Below are positions 54,778 through 64,000 of a DNA stretch of 64,000 nt, piece by piece. The position numbers and the translations under genes were made by a program. This DNA comes from the human T2T-CHM13v2.0 reference genome, Homo sapiens: assembly GCF_009914755.1 (NCBI RefSeq), contig NC_060929.1. One strand, 5' to 3'. The notes under the pieces were generated by a model. The model searched no databases. It had not been told where the DNA came from and saw only the letters and a program-made list of their open reading frames with translations. Each line of letters begins with the position of its first letter. Position 1 is the stretch's first letter.

Positions 54778-55893
54778 ATTCTTTTGTCATTTGTCATTAC
54801 TTCTATTGCAGTGATCTGACATGTTTTCCTAAGTGCCCATCTATAGCTTTGATGAGTGGGAATAGTTTCTATGGTCAGTTGACAGAAGGGGAAAGTATCA
54901 GGGCCTTGTTCACAGATGAATCGGGTCAATATGTTAATAAAGCAGGTGTTGAGGGCTACCACAAAACATGGGTAGTCTTGGAAGACAATGGATAAAGATT
55001 ATCCTTCCAGTGGACACGTCTTCAAGCAGTATACCTAGCTATTAATTTTATGTGGAGAGAAAAGTGGCCTTATGTAGGAATATACATAAAATCCTGGCAA
55101 GTATTGATTGAAGATAGAAAATGGTCTATAAGGTGGTCTGAGAAGGGGCATATGAATTGGCACATGAGAGTGAGTACAAAGTGTGTGAGTCTTCGTCTCT
55201 CACGTAAAAGTCCACCAAAATGCACCCTCTAGATAAAAAATACTAATCAAAGAGGAATGAAAGATTTGTCCAGTGGATTTTAAGCATCCTCTGTTTCTGT
55301 CACACCAATGCTGTCATGATGGACTCATGGTGGAGGAATCTGTTGGAAGAATATAGGATCTGCATGGGCCTAACATGCTTGGCTCTCAATCAGCAAGATA
55401 TCTGTCTGCTGGAGCAGATGCCAAAGCTAGGCTCTTTTTGTATTACCAGTGATTGAGGTGTTAAGTATGAATGGGCAATTGCAGCAACCACAGGCTCGTA
55501 AGGGCAGAAAAAATAAGAGTTCATATTCTTCCCAGGAATGAAGGCCTAGTTGCCCCACGGGGCAAATACCTGCACCAGCATAAGAGATAACCTAAAAAGG
55601 ATAGTCTGGAATGAGTGTTAGAGAAGGCAGATAAATATTAGGGCCTTGAGCACTGCATCAATGAATATTCTGGCTCATTCCACTAACTTTCTTGTTGGAA
55701 GTTATTTTCTCTTTTAAAAAGTTGTGACACAACATTACTTTAAAGAACCAATGGCAGTGAAGAATGAACATGAGTGGATGGTTAACTATGATACAGTAGA
55801 TGTTAATGATGCCACTTCTGCCCATGTCTACTTGGCATTTGTACATATATTCTGACTGATAGCTTCCTAGTGTGAGCATAAGAAACCCTTTGA

Positions 55894-56191
55894 GGCCGGG
55901 CGCACTGGCTCATGCCTGTAATCCCAGGACTTTGGGAGGCCGAGGAGGGTGGATCATCTGAGTTTGGGAGTTTGAGAACAGCCTGGCCAGCATGGTGAAA
56001 CCCCATCTCTACTAAAAATACAAAAATAAGCCGGCCATGGTCGCTCATTCCTGTAATCCCAGATACTCAGGAAGCTGAGGAGGGAGAATTGCTGGAACCG
56101 GGTTGGGGGGTGGGGGGATGGGGGCCGAGGTTGCACTGAGCACTCCAGCCTGGGTGACAGAATGAGACTCCATCTAAAAAAAAAAAAAAGA
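55894..56191 (+). mobile_element. AluS with expanded G tract
   Basis: Dimeric Alu; TSD aagaaac(c/g)ctttga at 55880-55893 and 56192-56205. Confidence 0.92.
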
Positions 56192-57249
56192 AAGAAACGC
56201 TTTGATGGCTTTTTCTGGCTATGGAAATTTTCTCAGCTTGCAAGCAGTGCAAGTGTAATATTCTGGGGGAGTTAATTCATCCAAAACAGCTCTAGAGAAG
56301 TTATAGAATGAGCAATTTGATAAGCACCCCAGCTTGCTTCATTCTCTCTGAGACATTTTCTAAATATTTTCCATAATTCCCTAACAGGATTAAAATCCAG
56401 TCACCCATATCAGTAATCTTCTCAATAAAGCATCTTTGGAGTCCCCTTCTCTGTCACGTTTCTGCTCTTCCTTCCCCCATTACCTCTCAAATAAACCTAT
56501 TTCACTTAAATCCTCTCTCATAGTCTGCTTCTGGGGAACAAAACTTAAAGGAAAATCCATGCATGACTTACATCAATATAAAGCCAATTATATTTCAAGG
56601 CTCCTCATAGGACCATTTCCCTCCAATAAATTCTGCTTTAATGTGCCCAGCCTACGATAATATTGCAATCCTATGAAGACCTATTGACATTAATTATGAC
56701 ACATATTTTGGCCTTCATAAATAAATATCTGGAATTATGCATTTTTTGTTTAAAGTTTTACTCTCTTGTCTCTCCAGGATTTTATCCCCTCATAGTGTTA
56801 TCTACACACAGTCAGTGATAAAAACTCTTGCTGAATTTTATCAAATCTTGCCATCTTTGTTGGACTTTTAGGCAATGAGGATCTATCCCTTCTACTGCAT
56901 CAGTATGAACTCATACTCTCAGTGCAATGAGCGGAAGTTCTAAACAGTTGATAGTTCAATGGTTAATGAACTCTATGGTTAATGAACCATAGAACTCTGA
57001 CAGTTCTATGGTTAATGTAGTCAACACTACATCTCTGCTTTCTCTCTCCAGCTTAATGAGTTTGTGAGTAGTTTCTCCTATGATGTTACACTCATATATT
57101 GATAGTAATTCATAGAATCACATGATTCAGCTCCCTAACAGAAATGCAAATGATAATTAATGGTCAATACACCATCTTACTTTGACACCAAAGAATCAAT
57201 ATGATAATCCTGTGGTCTCTATTTTCCTATTCTAATAGGAAACAGTCTT

Positions 57250-57714
57250 ATATTAATTACTGCTGTAGCAAATGACTACAAATTTAGTTCCTTAAAATAA
57301 CACACCTTATTATTTTACACTGCTGAAGATCCAAAGTTAGAAATGTGTCTCAATGAACTGAAATCAAGGTGTCAGCAGGGCTGCATTCCTTCTGGAGGCA
57401 CTAGGGAAAACCTTTTCTTGCCTTTTTCAGCATTTAGTGACCACTTGCATTCCTTGGCTTTAGACACCACCTTCCATTTTCAATTGCAGAAACTTCAAAT
57501 CTCTCTTTCCTCTTCTCCTTCCCTCTTTTACTTTAAGAACTCTTTTAATTACATTTGGCCCACCCAGGTAAACAGGTAAACTGGTTAGGCAATCAGCTAA
57601 CTTAATTGCATCTGCAACCTTAATTCTTCCTTGTCATGTAACATACCATATCCACAGGTTCTGGAAATTAGGACATGGCCATCTTTGGCAGGTGTCATTA
57701 TTTTGTCTACCACA
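57250..57714 (-). mobile_element. MLT1C/D-type MaLR LTR
   Basis: aaatcaaggtgtcagcagggctgcattccttctggaggc; ccacaggttctggaaattaggacatgg; ctaccaca end. Confidence 0.82.
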
Positions 57715-58021
57715 CCCCGCATTTCTCCTTGGTGCTGATGTTCTAAGAACTAAGTAAAAAGATACACAATTATTTTAAGTAACAATGTCATTTGTCTACC
57801 AATTGATGTTTAGTAACTCTGGACTATAAATAACATTTTACTATTGATTAATGAATAAGGAATATTGACTTTTAAGGAGGTGATTGGACATACTATATTG
57901 GAAATAGCATACTCTTTCGCCAGCTAATTAAACAATTGTATTTGCATTTACACTTTTTATACCGAATTTATTTTATATCCACTGCTTGTCTACTCTCTAA
58001 CATTAAGTAGACCATCTAGAG

Positions 58022-58332
58022 CAGTGCTGATTAGTGGAAATATAGTGTGATCCCCCAATCTGAGCCACGTATATAATTTTAAATTTTCTAGGAGCCATAT
58101 TTAAAAATGTAATAAGAAACAATTGAAATTAATTTTAATAATTTATACAATACAATATTAAGATATTTTAACATGTACTCAATATAGAATAACAATGAAC
58201 TAATTACATTCTTTTTTGTTCGCGCTGTATATTAGAAATCTAGCCTATATTTTCACTTACAGCATATCTCAATTTGACTTGGCACATTTCAAGTGCCAGA
58301 TGTGCCTAATGACTACCATACTGGGCAGTGCA
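58022..58332. mobile_element. MER33-like hAT-Charlie relic
   Basis: cagtgctg start, taattttaaattttctag, cacttacagcatatctcaattt, cacatttcaagtgc, ctgggcagtgca end. Confidence 0.8.
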
Positions 58333-61300
58333 ATGTAAAATGAAAGGGTACTCAGGGTAATTGTTAAGAATTTCCACCTCTCAATTCTTTTTAAAATTAA
58401 ATAAAAAGAAGTAGGAATATTTTAGCTTGGAGAATGGAAGTATGTTAATTTAAAATTCACAAATAACTGTTGACTACTTTTTACTGAGTTGTGGGGTAAA
58501 TCCAATGCACAATTATTTTTTCTGTACAATATCAAGGCATCTATAACATTGTTTTCTATATAGCCATATAACCATATGGGTTTCTATATATATATATATA
58601 TTTGTGCACATGTATATATGTGTATACATGTTATCTACATAGAACGATTATATTTGTGCATATGTAACATACATACATGTACATGATGACTAATATTAAT
58701 ATTATTTATCTGATCTCTACACCAATAACAAATTTATTTTGTGAATAAGAAAGGAAGAATAATAGTTTATGTGAGGTTTAGAGAGATTCACACATATACA
58801 CAACAGCAGAAACACAAACACACAAATTTAGAGTTTGGTATATTTTTGCCAATCTACAACAAAAATAATTAGTTTAAATTGTATCATAAGAATTTCTGAG
58901 TTAAGAGGACCGCAGGTCCTTGTGTTAACTGGTAATTTCCCGAAGATAGTAATTAAATCTAAGAGAATGATTGACCTAAGATCCTGATTACTTAATTATC
59001 TTAAATATGTTGCCCTTCTTTGATTAGTTTATATTGCTATTAAATTTATCAACTTAGAGTTTCTCTCTAGGCTATTAAATATTTGACTTCCATCTTTTTA
59101 TCCTTCATCACGTCTCTTAAACAACCAACTTATTATAATTAAATTAAGTTTCCAGAATAAAATTAAATGATAATATGTAGAATTTATTACTATGATTACA
59201 GGGATATGAACTATTACATGGATTATTAGTCAAGGTTAAGAGATCAGAGGATTCATTATACATAAACTTGAAATTTGTTTTCAGATGTCTCTACTTCTAA
59301 GATAAAAACACATAAACACATCCATTTGTTTAAAGTCATATTTGTGAGCATTTTGTAAACAAAGTGTTAAAGCAGTTATGCAAAATTCGGTTTTTATTAC
59401 GTACTCTGGATATTAATGAAACTATAAAAACTAAAAAGTTCTAAAAAGTCAAAAAACTAAGAGTGCATATCTTCTTGGTGCACTATATTTCTAGGAACCT
59501 AAAGTGGATTCACCTTGGATATATTTCTTACAGTGCAATTTCAGCTTTTATCTGGTCCTTATGACACCTGTCTAAGCAAGTTTCTGCTTTCACAAAATAT
59601 TGTGAAAGATACAGGGACCATATATTTTGTTACTCTATTGCCAAGCGTACACCATAATTGAACTTTGAAAAAGATTTAAAAAGTTTTCTTCACAGTAAAA
59701 CATTAACAAAAAATGTTTTATCCTAATAAGTTTATATTTGAATTCCTGAAGGTATGTTATTAATGCTTTGATTTTCACTGTTACAAAGAGGATGTAGATA
59801 CCTTCTATTTATTCTATACATTGTTTACCTATGTTTTTTCCAGTTGATTGTAAGTGCTTTTAAAGTATTTATTTATCTAGCTATGTGCAGCTAGATAAAT
59901 AAGCACTATACACACACATATATATGTATACACACACACTCACACATATATGTGCAAATCTATAATTATATATAAGTGTATGTATATATATAATATATAT
60001 GTAAAGTTTGGCATTTTGCATACTGCTTGGACTAGTCAAATCTTATGAAACTTTTTTTGGTATGAATTTGTTATCCAACTTATCTTCTATATTCATCTAT
60101 TTGCATCTTCAAAGTTTTTTTGGCTATCAATTTTTCTAATGCTATATTCTCCAAATAAGTAAAAATTTTGTTATTTATTGAATTAGTATGAAAGGTCTAT
60201 ATTTTACCTCATATAATACGCCATTCAAAGGAGGGAGATAAATATTGTATCACTAAAGACCTGATTTCTTTGTGTATTTTGTCTACCATTTTCAGGTCAT
60301 TGGATTCATCTTTATTTAAGCTGCCCTTATTTTGAAAAGATAGATGTAGGACCTCCAGGCATCATATTCTCATGTTCTAATTCTTTCTGGATATGTTTGT
60401 TTCATTTGATCAAGGATCAGAAGAATTAATTGTAGCCATAATTAGTTTTCTTTATACTGTATTTCCTCTTTTAACAAAATCAAGGATATGCTTTTAGAGA
60501 AGCTTAAGTACCAGCTCCTCTTCATATGTCATACCCAGAAATTCGCCCTGTGTCCCTGCTTAATAAAGTCACTGACAAAGGGTAAGAGACAACTAAGATT
60601 GGTTTGGAAGCATGATTCCCTCCTAAGGCTGGGAACAGAGCCCAACATCTTTACTCGATTGCACCACAATAATAGTTGAATAGGGGAATAAATGGAGCCA
60701 TAATTCTAACTAGAGACATGATAATTGGTTTTACTATCTTCAGAGAGATAAAACTATTAGCGAAATCAGTTAAATTTTTATCAGATCTTCTCTCTCTAGA
60801 AGTATAAGGCTTGCAAAAGATAACGTAGTTTAACATTCTCCGCCTTACTAAGTGTCATCTGTTAGGTTTTATGTATGAAAATAATTATGCTTATTCTTGG
60901 TCTGACTGAGTAGCCTGTAAATGTATTTGTATATTTATATCAATGATTTTTTTCATAAGCTTGACAAAAATTTTGTCCTCATTTATGAATTTTCATATAG
61001 GGTAGTATTTTCATAATTTTAGCATTAGATCCCATTACAAGATGGTAAAATCTCTTTCTGTGTTTACTTTAAACATGCAATTTTTAATTTTATTTATTTT
61101 TTGGCTCTATCTAATTTTGTAATCCCAGAAAGACTATCTTGAGAAGGTATTTCATGTGTGATAAAATATTACTTTTGTTTTATTACTCATTGAATTTCTT
61201 TCTATAGTAAAATTTTATATATATTTTCCAACATACCTTGTTATTCATTTTTCCTTAGACTTAGTGACAAACTGTTTATTATAATGGAAGTAACAATTAA

Positions 61301-62214
61301 TGCTGTTCAATGGAATCAAGTATACAGTTGTTTATTCATATATAAATGAAAATCTCCCTTAAATAGCATTTCCCTGCTAAACATGTATTTTTGGATATCC
61401 TCTCTTCTTTTGTAAGAAACCCATTTTTTAATTTCAAAAATTAATTTTTAAGTAATTGTTTAATTTTTAGAAAATAAAATTGTACCATTGGCAATGCAGT
61501 CTTTTTTTTTTAAAAAAAAATATCTATCACCATTATGTTTTTTAACACCAGCCATGGACAGAACTTTAAAATTTTCCAAAGTATGCACTAGTAATCAGAG
61601 GAGATATATTCAGTTAGGGAACTTATAGTCTATGTGAAGAATATACAGTAACATTCCAAACATTTTACTTGCTCATTCCTCTCTGAATTCTCAGATATCT
61701 GTGACTAAAGACTCAGTAGCCAGTAGTCACAGACTACAAAGACTCAGTAGTCACAAAAAAAAGAAGGTCAATGGAGTTACAATACATAGTTCAATAAAAA
61801 TAAATCAGGAAACAAAAGTATCAATGAATGAAAATTAACACCATTAAATATTTTAATGAATTTATATCAAATATAAAAGTTTAATTGCAGTATCCAAAAA
61901 TTAGAATATATTATAAAATGTTTACACTAATTTGTTTAGAATATTTGATTCTTCTTCAGGAGAAAAGCAACCACTTAAAGAAATATAAACACTGCATTAA
62001 ATCAATTTTTAAGGCCATAAGTTAGATAACATTTAATAGTTATGTTAGACATAAGGCAGAAATAAATCTTAAGAAGTTTATGGTTGAAATGTGTGTGTAA
62101 GAAAGTGATTCCAACAAATTTCACTGCTGTTACATAATCTGGATTTGAACTTGTTTGGTGAAATTCGACAGGACATTTAACTTCCTTGGAGCTTAGTTTT
62201 ATTGATAGCATTAT

Positions 62215-62410
62215 TATTAAATGCCAGACACTGTTCCTATCCCTTTACATATACCTGTCTTCACAATAATCCTAAAAGGTTGGTATTATTATTATCTTGA
62301 CCTAAGATGGGGAAGCTGAGACCAAAGAGGTTAAATTATGATTGAGTTGAATTCAAATCTTGACTGTCTACCTTTCCAAAATTCCATGTTCTTAACCACA
62401 ACTCTATATT
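62215..62410 (-). mobile_element. MIR SINE
   Basis: tgccagacactgtt, cacaataatccta, gatggggaagctgag, tcttaaccac. Confidence 0.7.
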
Positions 62411-63047
62411 CCTCTTTATTTATAAACATAAGGGAATTGAATTATGTCAAGTTTTTCTTCCACCTTCAAGAGTCAAATAACTTATGTTAGACTTAGTTCA
62501 GATACAGGCCAATTAAAGAGGCCACCAGGAGAAAAGAGCATTAGTGGCCAGTAAAATCAGAAAATATGAAACATTCATTATGAATGCCATATTTTATGGA
62601 GTCATTATTTGTGGTTTGATTTTAAAATTTCTGTGAATGATTCTTAGACTACAAATTAAAAAGCAAACATAGATGAACTAGAATGGCACGATTCAGGTCA
62701 ATTCTTCAAAAACGGCTAAACGTGAAAACAAATTATTCTATATTCCATATTTTTGGTATAACAAACACCTTTTAATGACCCAAAATATTATCAATATCTG
62801 AAGGGTAGTAGTTGGACTTTTAGTATCTATTGATTGAAAAAAACCGCACTATGTCGAAAGCTACTACAACTTTGCAATGCATTTAAAGGAGCTTATATTT
62901 TATTAGTCACAATGACATAAGGATGGATTTGAAAAACAATACCTATACAATAAAATGTATTCATTTTGTCAAAATAAAATTCTTCTTCACTTAGTTTTAC
63001 AGACCCCATAGAGACCCAGGCAAATTATGTATTTAAATTGTTAGAAG

Positions 63048-63488
63048 GAGCTAGGCATCGTATCTGTAATCCCAGGACTTTGGGAGGCCAAAGCTGGAGA
63101 ATAGCTTGAGGCCAGGAGCTTGAGACCAGCCTGGGCAACATAGTAAGACCCCATCTCTACAAAAATAAAAAATAAAGTTAGGTGGGCATGGTGACATGCA
63201 CCTGTGGTCCTGGCTACTAGGGAGGCTGAGACATGAGGATTGTTTAAGGCCAGAAGTTTAAGGCTGCAGAGAGCTATGATTGTGCTACCACACTCCAGTC
63301 TGAGCAACAGAGTGAGACCCAGTCTGTCTCTTAAAAAAAAGACAAAGAAAGAAAGAAAGAGAGAGAGAGAAAGAAAGACAGAAAGAGAGAGAGAGAAAGA
63401 AAGAAAGAGAGAAGAAAGAAGGAAGGAAGGAAGGAAGGGAGGGAGGGAGGGAGGGAGGGAAAAGAAAGGAAAAGAAGAGAAAATAAGA
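63048..63488 (+). mobile_element. AluJ with tail expanded into purine-rich microsatellites
   Basis: gcttgaggccagga, cctgggcaacatagtaagacc; TSD aaa(t/a)tgttagaag at 63035-63047 and 63489-63501. Confidence 0.92.
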
Positions 63489-64000
63489 AAAATGTTAGAA
63501 GAAAAGTATCCTACACTTTTATTTGATTACATAGAGGGGAAATTTTTCCACTCTTAAGAAGAATCATTTCACTTTCCTTAAGCAGTAAAGATACATTTGT
63601 GGAGTTAATTTAGAGAAGAAACTGACATTATATTACATTTCTTCGCTTTTTAAATTTTCAGATGAGCTTGCTTAATAATATGTTCTGTCTGCTATTTGGG
63701 ATACTGTAAACTGACACTAACAGGCTCTATCTCGTGGAGATAACTTTGTATTTGTCTCTTTGTGCAAGTGATTAGGTGGATAAATTTGTCTTATTATGGT
63801 AAAAATGGTCAGATCACTAGGCCACTCACATAAAGACAAATCTTTTAATTAGCTTTGTCAGTAATGTGGTGACATTTGATGTCCACTTGTTGGCTTGTAA
63901 CTTATTTTTCACAAATTTGGAATTTTGAAAGATAAAACATAATGATATTTATTATCTCTTTAAGAGTATGTCATATCTAGTATTTTAGAGCTAAGACAGT

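Larger units (their letters stand above)
49800..56550 (+). mobile_element. Ancient ERVL-class provirus remnant (LTR16 / ERV3-16A3-like) with both LTRs
   Basis: LTR16-like 3' ends at ~50204 and ~56550 (gtctgcttctggggaac); RT remnant at ~53570-53715 reads KPGGSL*RTMDCCKVHQMLVLITAALPDVVYLL**LNTASRH*YAGIE; RNase H-like LFTDES near 54905. Confidence 0.8.

Noticed and set aside
63240-63557. K/E/R-rich 105-aa ORF
   Set aside because: Alu right arm plus purine microsatellite

Overview
AT-rich, CpG-depleted primate (human-like) intergenic or intronic DNA made almost entirely of decayed transposable elements: Alus, several large old L1s, MaLR/ERVL/ERV1 LTRs, a two-LTR ancient ERVL-class provirus, DNA transposon relics, MIR and L2. 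I see no protein-coding exon, RNA gene or CRISPR array; the listed ORFs are repeat-derived or chance. The most unusual structure is a ~2.5 kb quasi-palindrome (25061-27605): part of an old L1 5'UTR is duplicated in inverted orientation around an AT-rich spacer containing a 30-bp VNTR. Its ~400-bp core is almost identical between arms while the flanks are diverged, suggesting arm-to-arm gene conversion, and a young L1PA2/3 insertion sits in one arm only. Also notable: a short poly(A)-tailed non-L1 retroposed fragment inside an L1, five retained L1 5' ends with deleted 3' ends, and several local duplications and templated hairpins. I cannot support a new functional system from sequence alone. 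Repeat subfamily names come from recalled consensus motifs, and boundaries without a stated TSD are approximate.
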